A stretch of 64,000 nt of DNA from Mobula hypostoma (GCF_963921235.1 NC_086097.1:233804001-233868000); one strand, 5' to 3'. Shown: positions 1 through 13,250, counted from the first letter of the stretch. Numbers and translations: made by a program. Notes: generated from the letters alone by a model not told the origin.

Positions 1-2095
1 TACAGTGAAAAACATGTATTATATGATGTTTATGCAAATCAAGTCACTACACTGTACATTGAGCTAGAATGGGGTAAAACACTAACAATGCAGAATAAAG
101 TGTAAAAGCTACTGAGAAAGTGCTGTTCAGGTAAACGATAATTGCAAAATCATAACAAGACAGATTCTGAGGCCAAGAGTCCATGTTATCATACAAGAGT
201 CTGATAACAATGGGATAGAAGCTGTTCTGGAGCCTGGTAGCATGTGCTTTCGTGCTTTTGTATCTTCTGCCTGATGGGAGAGAGGTTGGAGGGAAGAGAG
301 AATGTATGAGGTCTTTGATTATGCTGGCTGATTTAATGAGGTAGTGAAAAGTATAGTTGGAATCCACAGAGGGGATGCTGGTTCATATGATGTACTGAAC
401 TGTGTCCACAGTTCTCAGCAGCTCGTAGGATGGGGGAAGAGGGAGAATGAGCCTCTTGTTGGATTTGGAGTAGGCGAGAGGAGGGGAGCTGGAAGCCAGG
501 AGCAGACGGGCAGTGATTTGGCCACCACTGCCGGCCCACCAACTGGAGAGTGTCGTGGTTAAGGGTCGAAACACTCGGTGAAGGTTGGGAACCACCTGAT
601 GACATCTGCTCCTGGCTGAAGGCTACGGTTACTTTATAAGGTAACTAGAGATTGCACCCTAATGAGTGTACGTAACAAGGAATCCACAGAGAATGCTGGT
701 TCATATGATGTGCTGAACTGTGTCCACAGCTCTCAGCAGTTTCTTGCAGTCATGTACAGAGTATTTGCCATTCCAAGCTATTATGCATTCAGACAGAACG
801 CTTTCTATGGTGTATCAATAAAAAATAATCAGAGTTGATGGGGACATACTAAATATCTTTAACCTCCTGAGGAAGTAGAGGCTTTATTGACCATAACAGC
901 AATGTACGTGTACCAGGACGGACGATTTTCACACCTAGGAACCCAAGCACTCAACCTCAACACTGTTGATTTAGACAGAAACGCCTGCCTTTTTGAAGTC
1001 AATGACCCGCTCATTTGTTTTGTTGAGATCGAAGGAAAGATTTTTGTCAGGACACCATGTCACTGAGCTCTCTCTCTCCTTCCTGTACTCCAACTAATCA
1101 TTATTTGAGATGCAGTAGTATCGTCTGCGATTTTGCTGCAGATGGACATAGATCTGAATCTGGTAATGCAGTCATGAATGCACAGGGAGTGGGGAAGGGG
1201 GTTGAGGACGCATCCTTGTGGAGCACCAGTGATTAGAATAATCATGGCAGAAATATTGGTGGATATCCTTAATAAAGGTAGTCTGTTGGTCAGAATGTCA
1301 AAGATCCCGTTGCAGAGGGAGGCATTAACTCCCAGCGTGCAGATTATGGTGATAAGTTAATAATATTGAAAGCAGAACTGTAGTCAATAAACAGTAGTGT
1401 GACATAGGTGGCTTTACTGTCCAGGTACTCCAGAGATGTGTGTAAGGTCAGGGAGATGGCATCTACTGTACAGCTGTTTCAATGGTAGGCAAATTTCAGT
1501 GAGTCAACATTGGCTAGGAGACTGGAATTGTTGAATGTCATGATCAGCCAATCAAAACAATGCATGATGCCAGATGTTAGTGACACCGGGTGGTAGTCAT
1601 TAAAGCACATGATATTGTTTTTTTATAGGCACTGGGATGATAGTGGTCTTAAATCAAGGGGGAACCAAAGCCTGAAGCAGGGAGAGATTAAAAATGTCTG
1701 TAAGTACCCTCAACAACTGATCTGTACAGGATCTATGGACTCGGTCGGGGCACCATCTGGGCCCAATGCTGTCTGTGGGTTCATACACCAGAAAACTGAT
1801 CTTAAGTCCGCTACAGTGATTGCAGATTCAGGTGCACTGAAGACTGAAAAAGTGGGTGGTGACATATTCATACCCTTTTGTTCAAGCCATGTAAAGAATG
1901 TGTTACACTCATCAAGAAAGGACCCGCTATTGCCAGCAATGCTGCTTACCTGTTGTAGTATATAAGCTGACAGCTAGACTGATACTTAATCTTGGACTGG
2001 CACTGTCACTTAGCATCTCTGATAGTTTTACAAAGATCATATGTAGATGTTTTTATAAAGGTCTGGGTCACCTGATTTGAATGCCGCAGACTTGG
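1..2095 (-). mobile_element. Degenerate Rex1/Babar-like non-LTR retrotransposon (RT and C-terminus), interrupted at 422-678
   Basis: Minus-strand remnants TGAPQGCVLNP..HDC..KIADDT (1060-1245) and C-terminal LPSGRRYKSTKAHATRLQNSFYPIVIRLL (47-367); many stops and frameshifts. Confidence 0.8.
422..678. mobile_element. Partial LTR-like insert between ~61-bp direct repeats
   Basis: 359-421 is repeated at 679-739. The insert ends GTACGTAACA, the reverse complement of the TGTTACGTAC start of the element at 3799. Confidence 0.5.
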
Positions 2096-3798
2096 ACATA
2101 AGGGAGTGGATCACTCAATTTCTTTCTGGAAGAGTATGATCAGAGAAGACAATAGTCAAGAATTCATACATAGGGTTCATTGTTACTTTATTATTAGGCC
2201 TTCAGAGAGTCAACAATGCCTCTCCAGATGGTCTCATTGTGTAACTCTGGACGTATTGCATTAAAATGCTTCAATGAGGTAAAATAACAAATATTTAAAG
2301 TAAACTTAAGAGGTTTTATTGTGAAAACTGTCATTGGCAATGATACAGGAAAGAATTGATTTTTGAATGCACTACATTTTCCATTAAAGCACACTCACTA
2401 AAATTCTGCTTGCAAATAAATGTCGTTAGATGATGTTTACAGAGTAATTGTGCTAACTGCTAATGATAATTATAACTGCTATCATGATTTTGAAATAAAA
2501 TGATTGAGGCATATGTGTTAATGGACAAGTCAGAAGACTGGATGTGATGATTTACACCATAAGACCAGAAGACATAAGGGAAGAATTAGGCCATTCAGCG
2601 CCAACATTCCATTATGGCTGATCCTGGATCGGATTCAACCCCATACACCTGCCTTCTCACCATATCCTTTGATGCCCTGATTGATGAGGAAATGATCAAC
2701 TTCTGCCTTAAAATCTACCCACAGACTTGGCCTCCACCGGCAGCGCAGTCCACAGATACACTACTTTGTCTAAAAAATTCCATCCTTTGCTCTATTCTAA
2801 AAGGTTGTCCCTCAATTTTGAGATTGTGCTGTCTAGTTCTGGATACCCCCACCACAGGAAGCAATCTCTCCACATCCACCCTATCCAGTCCTTTCAACAT
2901 TCAGTAGGTTTCAGTGAGATCCCCCCCGCATTCTTTTAAATTCCAGTGAGTACAGGCCCAAACCTGTGTAATGCTCCTCATATGTTAACCCCTTCATTCC
3001 CGGAATCGTATTTGTGAACCTCCTTTGGACTATCTCCAATAACAACACATCTATTCTACGATATGGGGCCCAAAACTATTGACAATACTCCAAATGCAGT
3101 CTGAGTAGTGTCTTATCAAGGCTCAGCATTGTCTCCTTGCTTTTATTTTCATTTTAAAATCTTTTTTATTAATTATTATTAAAGATCAACAAAAAGTACA
3201 TTAAGGTAATCAAGTCAACATGTCAATATGTAAAATGAAGAATTAAATTACCAAATAACTGATTAACAAAGCTAAACAATATATCAATAATAAGAAAAAA
3301 TAAAGTTTTAAGAATATTTTTTAAAGAAAAAAAGAAGGGAAAAAAAGAACCCCTACCAACTAAAACAAAAGAAAAACCCTACTAACAAAAGAAACCGGAA
3401 GAAAAACCATTGGGAGCACAACCCCGGAGCTATACGCCATAGAAGCTTCCATAAAAGAAAAACGTCAATCCGCCAACTCAAATCCATTTAAAGAAACATC
3501 AGAAGGAAACCATCTTAATTAACTCAAATCAAATGATAGTAGCAGGCAAATGAACCCCACCTTTTCTCAAAGTCAAATCGAGGATCAAAAGTTTGACTTC
3601 TGATTTTCTCCAAACTAAGACATAACATCACCTGAGAAAACCATTGAACCATTGGGAACAGAGGCATCTTTCCATTTCAGTAAAATAGCCCTTCTAGCCA
3701 ATAATGTAACAAATGCAATTACATGTTGGTCTGATATAGAAATGCCATGAATATATTGAGGGATTATACCAAAAAAAACTGTCAATTTATTAGGATGT

Positions 3799-4121
3799 TG
3801 TTACGTACCCCGTAACTGGGTTGCCAAACCAGCAGAAATGGAACGCTCGTTGGAGTCTGTGATTACTAGGAACTAATAAAGTTTTATTAAAGAAATAAGT
3901 AATACAGTACACTAATCGTAAGGATATAAATGTAACAGATTAGTAATGATAATACACATATATACACAGAACTAGGGTAATAGGAATCAACCAAGCTCTA
4001 TTGCAGTCTAGGGGTAAAATGATCAGTCTTAAGTGAAGCAGAATTCAGTTCAATTTAGTGCAGTTCGAAGGAGTCACTGCTGTTGTACCGTTGGAGGGAG
4101 AGAGAGAGGGAGAGAGAGAGA

Positions 4122-4182
<61 letters not shown>

Positions 4183-4671
4183 GCAGTTGGTTTCAGGCAG
4201 ACATTTTGATGTCTTCTAATCCCGCTATGGTCACCGACTGTGACCCCTCCATTTCAGATATGATCGTTCTTCCGCGGTGAACCTGGCACAGGGAGATAAA
4301 AGGAGCAGGTTTGCTAAGGCATGCGACACACCACGAGACCCTGAAAGGAGCAGTGTGCCCCCACAAGTTGGTGGGAGTTTGGAGGTCCGGTTCGCAGGAA
4401 CCGACCAGAGGCTCACATGGTGTAAAGGTACGATTGGTGGGAACCTGGGGTGTGGTGTCCGCCCTTGCCTGGCTGCTGGGGTATCATCTGTCCATCAAAC
4501 TTCAAACAGTTCAGGTTCAAGGCAACCGGTCTGTCAATAGCTGAATTGTGTTTCTTTCCCGTTAATCCCTCTCTTCTCTCTTATTAGCATTTTGAATGTT
4601 TCTCCATTGTCTTTCTTATCTCTCTCATTAGCATTATCAGTCCGGTACGTCTGCTGGGCGTCACACATGGC
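3799..4671. mobile_element. Solo-LTR-like insertion within the L1 ORF2
   Basis: Starts TGTTACG, ends CGTCACA (4665) plus 6 extra nt; GATGT duplicated at 3794-3798 and 4672-4676; removing it restores L1 peptide KINLHPNKLT. Confidence 0.75.
4094..4179. repeat. (GA)n microsatellite inside the LTR-like insert
   Basis: Directly visible, nearly pure GA run. Confidence 0.98.
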
Positions 4672-6245
4672 GATGTAAATTAATTTTTAAAACTTTAGAA
4701 ATTGTAGAGAAAACAGATTTCCAATAATGTTTCAATACAGAACATGACCAAAACATATGTGGCAATGTAGCTGTTTCGGTTTTACATCTATCACACTGAC
4801 TATCAACATTAGGAAATATTTTAGGTAGTCTCTCCTTTGTCAAATAGTAACGATGTACAATTTTAAATTGAATTAAAGAGTGACTGGCACAGATCGAAGA
4901 AGAGTTAACCAACTTCAAAATTCGCAACAAATCCTTTGCTATCAAGGTCATGGTAAGCTCTCTTTCCCAATCTTGCTTAATCTTAAGTGAAGGGTAATTG
5001 TGCTGTTGTAACAGTAAATTATAAGTTTTCCCATTAAAACCTTTCACTAATGGGTTCATTTTTAAAATAATATCTAACAGGTCAGAATCCTGTATATATG
5101 GAAAATTACTTAAATATTCTTGTAAAAAATGTCTGACCTGAAGATATTGCAAGAAATGTGAGTATGAGAGAGAGTATTTAGTAACTAATTTCTAAAAAGA
5201 CATCAATCGGCCTTCTTGGGACAGATCCATGAAGGAATAAACTCCTTTATTCCTCCAAAGAAGAAAGGTAGGATCACTTAATGAAGGTTTAAATAAATAA
5301 TTTTGATAAATTATACTAAGAAGGTTAAATTTTTTGAGATTAAAAAAGTTGAAAAACTGGTATCAAATTCGTAATGACTGCTTAATCATAGGATATAAAT
5401 TTAGGTTAGAAATTTTGGCCCCTTGTACAGGTAAAGAAGCTCCTAATAACGAGGTTAAGTGAAACTGTTTCACAGCTTTCAATTCCAAATCTAATATTCT
5501 ATTTACCCAAGAAGACATTGTGTCAGATACTAATGGTAGATTTTTAATTGTTAAAGGAACAATTTGTAATAGAAACATTGTCCTGATTTATCTATATGGA
5601 CCTAATGTAGATGATCCTTTTTTTTAAAAACGGTCTCCTTGCTTTTATATTCTATTCCCCTTGAAATAAATGCCAACATTGAATTTGCATTCTTTACCAC
5701 AGACTCAACCTGTAGATTAACTTTCTGTTAGTCTTGCACGAGGACTTTTAAGTCCCTCTGCACCTCTGATATTTGAACCTTCTTCCAATTAGATAATAGT
5801 CCGCACTATTGTTCCTTTTACCAAAATGCTTTATTTTTCATTTCCTAACACTATATTCCATATGGCACCATTTTTGCCCATTCTTCCAATTTGTCTAAGT
5901 TCTGCTGCAATCACATTGTTTCCTCTGCACTTCCTACCTCTCCGTCTATCTTCGTATCACCCGCAAACTTTGCCACAAAGCTATCAATTTCATTATCCCA
6001 ATCATTGACAAACAATGTGAGAAGTAGCAGTCCCAATACTGACCCCTGTGGAACACCACTAGTCACCAGCAGCCAACCAGAAAAGACCTCCTTTATTCCC
6101 ACTCGCTGCTTCCTGCCTGTCAGACATTCCTCTATCCATGCCAGTATCTTTCCCTTAACACCACAGAATTTTACCTTGTTAAGCAGCCTCATGTGCTACA
6201 CCTTAACAAATACCTTCTGAAAATCTAAAGAAATGAAATCCCCTG

Positions 6246-7070
6246 TCAAGAGCTTAGGAGGAGACAATGGCACTTAACGGTGACTCTTTAGCTTGCATTT
6301 TCGAAAACAGCTGTAGTTCCATCTTTTATATCTCTATTTTCCCCTTTCTGGGTTCTTTTGAAGACCCTGACCTGGAGTTACACACTGACTTCGGTTCTTT
6401 GTGAGACTGGGACCCGCTCTTGGGGTTTCACGACCAGCCGTTATTCGATATGCCAAGGATTAGCTCACCTTAGCTGTTCCAGGATCTCGTGGCTCTGGAA
6501 ATGAGCAGTCCGAAGGTTGGTGTCTCTGCAGGTATCTGGGGTTTCGTGGAGACAGAAGATCGAAAGCAGCAAGCTGGCTGCTAGCTCTGTGCCCAGAAAC
6601 CCGAGTTCTTTGGGCACAGAGCTCAGAAAAAGCAATGCAGTGAAATTTTAACATCATAAATCAGCGAGTTCTTTGCTATGTCTCCCCTCTCGCTGTGAAA
6701 TGGAGACACCTCTTTTTCCCTTATTGGAGGAGAGAGAGAGGGAGCCTGTGGCATGTTGAATACCGGGTGAATGAATTGTCTTTGGGGTACTGCAAGTCTG
6801 TATCTTTGCTGATGCTTTGCTGCACACCTGAGTGCTCAGTGGTGGGTGCCGATGCTTTTATATGCTTGTGGGGAGGGGGATTATTGCTTTCCTGCTGAAA
6901 ATACATGGGAGGGGGAGCTGGGGAGGGGCTGTGGAGTTCTAACATTTAACTGTCATTCAATTTTTGGCAGCACTCCTCTGTTTTCCTGGATGGTTGTGAA
7001 GAAAAAGTATTTCAAGATGTACATTGTATACATTTCTCTGACATTAAATGTACCTTTGAAACCTTTGAAA
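6246..7070 (+). mobile_element. Non-coding non-autonomous retroposon with a Rex/L2-like 3' tail
   Basis: Interrupts collinear CR1 RT sequence; ends ATTAAATGTA(CCTTTGAAA)x2; no credible ORF. Confidence 0.6.
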
Positions 7071-8360
7071 CCTCTCCTTCGTTCACCCTGCTTGTTACTT
7101 CCTTAAAGAACTCTGATAGATCTGTCAAACAAGATTTCCTTTCACAGAAACCATGCTGACTTTGACTTATTTTACTGTCGGTCTCCAAGTATCCCAAAAC
7201 CTCATCCTTAATAATAGAGTCCAACACTTTCCCACCACTGAGGTTAGGCTAACTGGCCTATAATTTCCTTTCTTTTGCCTTCCTCTCTTCTCACAGAGTG
7301 GAGTGACATTTGTAATCTTCCAGTCCTCCGGGACCACACCAGGATCAAGTGATTCTTGAAAGATCATGACCAATGCATCTGTTATCTCTTCAGCAACCTC
7401 TCTCAGGACTCTAGGATGTAGACCATCTGGTCCAGGTGATTTATCCACCTTAACACTGTTGAGCTTATCCAGCACTTTTTCCTTTTAAATAGCAATAGCC
7501 CTCCCTCCTGCTCCCCTAACATTTACAAGACCTCTGGCACTCTATTGGTGTCTTCCACAGTGAAGATTTAAGCGAAATACCCATTAATTTCCTCTGCCAT
7601 TTATTTGTCTCCTATTACTACCTCACCAGCATCATTTTCAGGTGGTTCAATATCAACTGTCACCTCCCTTTTGCTCTTTATATAACTGATAAAAACATTT
7701 AGTATCGTGATTTGTATTATTGGCTAGCATGCCCTGATATTTCATCTTTTCCCTTCTTCTAGCTGTTTTAGTTGCCTTTGTTGGATTTTAAAAGCTTCCC
7801 AATCATTCAACTTCCCACTCACTTTTGCTACTTTATATGGCATTTCCTTGGCTTTTATGCAGTCCTTAACTTCCTTTGTCAACCATAGTTGCCTACTCCT
7901 ACCATTTGAGAACTTCTTCTGTGGGACATATCTATCCTGCACCTTTATTTCCAGAAAGTTCAGTGACCTCTGCCGTCATCCCTGTCAATATCCTCCCCCA
8001 ATCCACCTGGGCAAGCTCCTCTCTCTTGCATCTGTAATTCCCCTTATTCTATTTCAATACTTATTAATGTGACTTATGCTTCTCCCTCTCAAATTGCAGT
8101 ATGAATTCAATCATATTATATTCACTGCCTCCTAAGGATTCTTTTACATTAAGCTCCCTAATAAGGTATGGGTTATTACACAACACCCAATCTAAGATAT
8201 CCTTTCCCTGAGTAGGCTCAAGCACAAGCTCCTCTGAAAAACCATCTCATCGGCATTCAACAAGTTCTCTGTCTTGTGATCCGACACCAACCTGATTTTT
8301 CCAATCCCCCTTCATATTGAATTCCTCCACTACAATTGCGTCATTACCCTTATTACATGC

Positions 8361-10037
8361 CTGGACACCTGAACGTGTCATGGTCCGGTCCATGAAGTCC
8401 GCATTCTAGTTCACGATCCGGTCTGTGGACTCAGGGCTCTGGGTTTTCCAGCTGTCCCTTGTTTCCATTGGGTTAATCAGAGGCACCTGATTCCCATCTT
8501 GGGGCTTGGAATATAAGTCACCTTGGGGTTGAGTGTGAGCTGCTGGTTTGTCTTGTCAAGATTCCCTGAGAGCAACCTACTGGTGGAAGGCTAGAGCGGC
8601 CACTTGCCATCTTTAGGCTGCCTTGGAGAACCATTGCTTCATGGAGCCTTGCTGTCGGTAGTCGGAGCTGTCTTTGTGGTATGGATTCGGCTGTTTCCCG
8701 GGCCAGCCACTCCAAGCTAGGTAGGGATCCGGCTGTTTCCGTAGCCAGCTGAGGTTGCTGGCCATAACTGCGACTTGGAGAAACCCTGGTGCAGAGATGG
8801 AACTGTCTGTTGTTCTTCGGTGTTTGTCTCTTCTTGTCCTCACCTCTGTGGGGTAAGTCAGGTTGTTCTGCCATTGCCCTGCGGGGGAATCTGTCTTGTC
8901 TTGTCTTTGCCTCTGTTGGGTAAGTCCAGCCATTCTGCCATTAGCCGATGGATGGACCTATCCCACCTTGGTGTGGAGATAACGTTGAGTCCTGGCTTGT
9001 CGAAGGATAAGTCCTGGCTCTATGTCTATGTACTCTCCAGTCTCATGTTAGTGTCATGATAAAGTTGAGTCCCGGCTTGTCTAAGGATAAGTCCCGGCTC
9101 TATGTTGATGTACAGTTCTCAGTCTGTCTCCAAGACCCCAGCCTCGAGCCTCGAGCCTCAAGACCCCAGCCACGTCCAGTCCTTTAGCCATGTCATGTCC
9201 TTGCCTAGTTCTGGGGTCCGAGCCCGAGGCAAGACCCAGTCTCTGGGTCCTTGTCCAGACTATGGCTTGGAGTCCAAGCCCAGGCTCCTAGTTCATAGTT
9301 CCTTGTCCAGTTTCCCCGTTTCTTGTCCATGTCCTTGCCCAGGTCCTCCATCCTAGTCCTGTCCATGGTGCTTCAGTGTCTGTGTCTTGCATTTGGGTCC
9401 ATTACTAACGCCCCCCTTTGTGACTGAACGGTATGTTGTCTCCCAGGTATCTGGGTCAGGGATTTCTTGGATCAGGTTCATGGCATTCTAAAGGGTGATT
9501 GTGAGCAGCCGGAAGTCTTGGTACATATTGGCACCACTGACATAGGTGGAAAAGGGGGGAAGCCCTGTGAAGAGAATTTAGGGAGTTAGGTAGAAAGCTG
9601 AAAGGCAGGACCTCCAGGGTAGCAATCAAAAGATTGCTGCCTGTGTCACCTGCCAGTGAGGGTAAGGATAGGAAGAATTGGCAGATGAATACATGGCCAA
9701 GGAACTGGTGCAGAGGGCAAGACTTCAGATTTCTGGATCATTGGGATCTCTTCTGGGGAATGTATGACCTGTACAAATGAGACATATTACACCTGAATCC
9801 GAGGGGCACAAATATCCTAGCTGTCACTGGAGGGGAGGGTTTTTAAACTAAATTGGAATCAGCACGATAGGGCTAAGGATGGGGCAGTTGGTATACAACT
9901 AGATGCAGAGTATAGTGAGATTGTCGAGAAAGACAGGCAGATGATAGGACAAAATTGCAGTCGGTGGAATGAGTTGCAGTGCAACATGGGGACAGCATCT
10001 AAAAGGGTGATGAATACAGTTCTGAAGGTGTTGTATC
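8361..10037 (+). mobile_element. CR1 ORF1 SGNH-esterase region and start of ORF2 (degenerate), interrupted by a solo LTR
   Basis: Plus-strand VCCLPG..EQPEVLVHIGTTDIG (~9431-9547), FRFLDHWDLFWG (~9724-9759) and LKVLY near 10022. Confidence 0.8.
8376..9425. mobile_element. Solo LTR, family A copy 1
   Basis: TGTCA...TGAC(T) termini; 5-bp TSD GAACG (8371-8375, 9426-9430); both ends homologous to 28795-29586. Confidence 0.85.
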
Positions 10038-10655
10038 CCTTGAGGAAACTATGCTGACCTTGCCCTATTTTATTATGTGCCTCCAAGTCAGGCTAATTGG
10101 CCTATAATTTCCTTTCATCTGCCTTCCTCCCTTCTGGAAAAGTGGAGTGACATTTGCAATTCTCCAGTCCTCCAGAACCATACCAGAATCTAGTGATTCT
10201 TGAAGGATCATTATCAATGCCTCCACAATCTCTCCAACCCCTCTTTCCGAACCCGGGTGGAAGTCCATCTGGTCGCTATGACTTATCCACTTTTAGACCT
10301 TTGAACTTCACTAGCACTTCACTTCACCAGGAGTGCATAAGTCTAGGACCTGAGGGCATATCCTCAGAATAGAAGGAAGTCCACTTAGAACAGAGATGAG
10401 GAGGAATTTCTTTAGCTACAGGGTGGTGAATCTCTGGAATTCTTTGCCACTGGTGGCTGTGGAAACCAGGGTATTGGGTGCATTTAAGGTGGAAGTTGAA
10501 ATGTTCGTGATTACTCAGGGAATGAAAGATTACAGGGAGAAAGCAGGAGAATGGGGTTGAGAGGGAAAATGGACTTGTCAGGATGAAGTGGCGGAACAGA
10601 CTCAACATGCCAAATAGCCTAATTCTGCTCCTAGATTTTATGGTCTTATGGTCTT
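10038..10655. mobile_element. CR1 fragments: pre-RT piece on minus (10038-10320) joined to a 3' end on plus (10321-10655)
   Basis: EDWRIANVTPLFQKGG..NYRPISLT on minus; EMRRNFFSYRVVNLWNSLP and a TATGGTC tail on plus. Confidence 0.8.
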
Positions 10656-11088
10656 TACCATTTCTCTGCAAGGAATTGATAAATAATAATGTTTTGAGCA
10701 ACAAGATTCCTTCAGAGGAATCAAACTTTGGATTTTTCCATCATATGAAAACTGAGTGAAGTTTTCCTCTTAGCTTTCGGTCCTAAATTCTTCTAATTAC
10801 AAAGCATTAGAAAGCAAAGTGCTGGTTTCCCATAAATAAAGCAGACTGCCTCTTACCCACAATATAATCAGTTGTCAAAGGTTAATGGTGTGGTGTTGAT
10901 GCTGTGCAGCTAATTATCACACGATGTGTAATGTTTACTCCTTGGAATTTATCATACATCCCCAGAGCTACACTGGCGTCCCTCTCTGTTTTTGTTTCTG
11001 ACAGGAAGTGTCTATTATTTCCATATCCCAAACAGGCAATTAAGATAACTATCACTGTTTTAAACTGTTCTTAAGAAAAGCTAAAGTA

Positions 11089-12778
11089 CAGGTTGGGTAT
11101 ACCCCTTATCTGGAATTCGAAGTCCAAAAGCCTCCAAAATATGAATATTTTTGAGTGCTTACTTGATGTCACAAAAGGAAAATTCCACAAGTGGCAGGGA
11201 AGTTTCCCAGGTGATACACAGGTCTCTGCACACCACAGACAGTTCCTAGAAGTGATATCTCATATGTAATGAACAGAAGCAACACATGCAAAATTCTGGA
11301 GTAACTCAGCAGCATCTATGTAAAAAAAGTAAACTGTCCAAGTTTTGGGTTGAGATCCTTCAGCAGGACTGAAGAAAAAAGATGAGAAGTCAGAGTAGGA
11401 AGTTTGGGGGAGAGAAGGAAGAAATACAAGGTAGTAGGTGATAGGTGAAACTGGAAGGGGGGGAAGGTGAAGTAAAGAGCTAGGAAGTCAATTGGTGAAA
11501 GAGTTAAAAGGCTGGAGAAGGGGGAATCTGATAGGGTAGGACAGAGCCCATGGACCAAAGGGAAGGGGGAGGAGAACCAGAGGGAGGTGATGTGCAGGTA
11601 AGGAGACAAGGTGAGAGAGGGGAATGGGAATGGGGAATGGCGATGGAGTTGGGGAGGGGCAATTTTGGGAAGTTTGAGAAATCATGCCATCAGGTCGGAG
11701 GCTACCCTGATGGAATATAAGATGTTGCTGCTCCAACCTGAGTGTGGCGTCATCGCGACAGTAGAGGAGGCCAACACTGATATGTCGGAATGGGAATGGG
11801 AAGTAGAATTAAAATGGGTGGTCACCAGGAGATCCCGGTTTTTCTGGTGGATGGAATGAGATACAGTTCCATTGGAAACATTCGATACAGTAGATGACCC
11901 AAACAAACTCACCAGTGAAGTAACACACATAAAAGTTGCTGGTGAACGCAGCAATCTCGGCCCGAAACGTCGACTGTACCTCTTGCTAGAGATGCTGCCT
12001 GGCCTGCTGCATTCACCAGCAACTTTTACGTGTGTTGATTGAAGTTCCAGCATCTGCAGATTTCCTTGTGTTTGCGTGTTTAAATTCACCATTGAAGTGT
12101 TGCGTCACCTAGTATGGCCTGAATGGTAGTGAGGGAGGAGGTGTAGGGGCAGGTGTGGCAACTTCAGCTTGCAAGGGTAAGTGCCAGGAGGGAGGTCAAT
12201 GGGTAGGAACGAATGGACAAGGGAGGTGACACTTCCAGGTAAGGCGACACTTCACTTTTGAGTCTGTTGGGGTCTTGTGCTGTATCCAGTGCTCCCAGTG
12301 TGGTCTCCTGTATATCGGACTGAGACATCAACTGGTTACTGTTTTCCACAGATGCCTCCTGGCCTGCTAAGTCCCTCCAGTATTCTGTCTGTGTTGCTTG
12401 GATTTGCAGCATCTGCAGGCTTTCTCTTATTCAGGTAATGAACTTAAGTTAACGAAAACTAGAAAAACAATGTATAAAGCGAAAAATGAAGATTTCGACC
12501 ATGTATTGTCAGCGTTGGAGTTAATATATGCTGCTTAATGGTATGCTGATCATGAAACTAGCAAAGTTCTTTCTTGATGGACTGAAAATAGAAGGTAATT
12601 GTAAATACTCGGCAGGCTGGTTTCAGAAATTGAAAGGAAGACACAGCATTAAATTTCTAAAGTGTCGGTTGATTAGGAAAATCTAGCACCAGAGCTAGTC
12701 AATGATGCTGATCCAAAAAATTCCAAAATACAAAACACTTCTGGCCCCAAGCATTTCGGATAATGGGTACTTAACCAG
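11089..12778 (+). mobile_element. Tigger/pogo-like DNA transposon relic, internally deleted, hosting a Penelope-like insert
   Basis: TA flanks; imperfect TIRs CAGGTTGGGTATACCCCTTATC / GATAATGGGTACTTAACCAG; CENP-B-type HTH remnant LNGMLIMKLAKFFLDGLKIEGNCKYSAGWFQKLKGRHSIKFL (~12534-12660). Confidence 0.8.
11280..12434 (-). mobile_element. Penelope-like element fragment (GIY-YIG end and pLTR) with internal inversion and a nested mini-hairpin copy (~11920-12085)
   Basis: HFNSTSHSHSD and EQQHLIF..GSLRPDGM on minus; CIQCSQCGLLYIG on plus (~12282-12320); GTAATGAACNNAAG duplicated at 11266-11279 and 12435-12448. Confidence 0.8.
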
Positions 12779-12789
12779 TATTTACATTG

Positions 12790-13250
12790 ATTATGAAAAA
12801 AAACATTTCTATAGAGTTTTTGAGCTAAATTCATTAAAAATGAGTGAACAGAGGAGAGAAGTGTTGTCCTATGAGAAAAGGCTGAGCAAACTATAGTTTT
12901 TCTCTTTGGAGCAAAGGAAAATGAAAGACAATAGATTATAAGGAGCATTGATAGAGTGGACAGCAGCACCTGTTTCCCAGTGTGGCAATGTCTAATGCCA
13001 GAGGTCATCCTTTTAAGGTAAGTTGAGTAAGGTGTAGTGGAGATATCAAAGGTGGGCTTGTTGTATACAGAGAATATCTGGAATGCACTGCTAGGCATGG
13101 CAGCAGAGGTTGATACATTTGGGGTTATCATTGAAAGAAATGAGATAGGTGAGGAGGAGGGTTAGATTGATGATGGGGTAGGTTAAAGGTCGGCACAACA
13201 TTGTGGGATGAAGGATCTGTTCTGTGCTCTACTATTCTATATTCTAGTAT
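12790..13250 (+). mobile_element. Old CR1 3' end
   Basis: Decayed SYEKRLSKL..FSLEQR and CR1-type 3' UTR. Confidence 0.6.

Larger units (their letters stand above)
3147..5632 (-). mobile_element. 5'-truncated L1-clade LINE with an inverted 5' segment
   Basis: 16-bp TSD GTCTCCTTGCTTTTAT (3131-3146, 5633-5648); ORF2 C-terminal CDRC..HMFWSC knuckle on minus; endonuclease peptide DTNGRFLIVKG..LYGPN on plus at ~5490-5632. Confidence 0.9.
2557..8360 (-). mobile_element. CR1-clade LINE (ORF2 from mid-endonuclease to 3' tail) split by two younger insertions (3147-5632 and ~6246-7070)
   Basis: KSPGPDGLHPRVLRE, NYRPVSLTSVVGK, SQHGF, SGVPQGSVLG and KFAGDTK motifs in collinear order on minus; CR1-type 3' tail near 2557. 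Confidence 0.9.

Noticed and set aside
4083..4280. ORF with poly-(RE) tract
   Set aside because: Translation of the (GA)n microsatellite.
8518..9356. Several 80-120-aa ORFs on both strands (also 28898-29530)
   Set aside because: Low-complexity GC-rich LTR sequence with no domain motifs.
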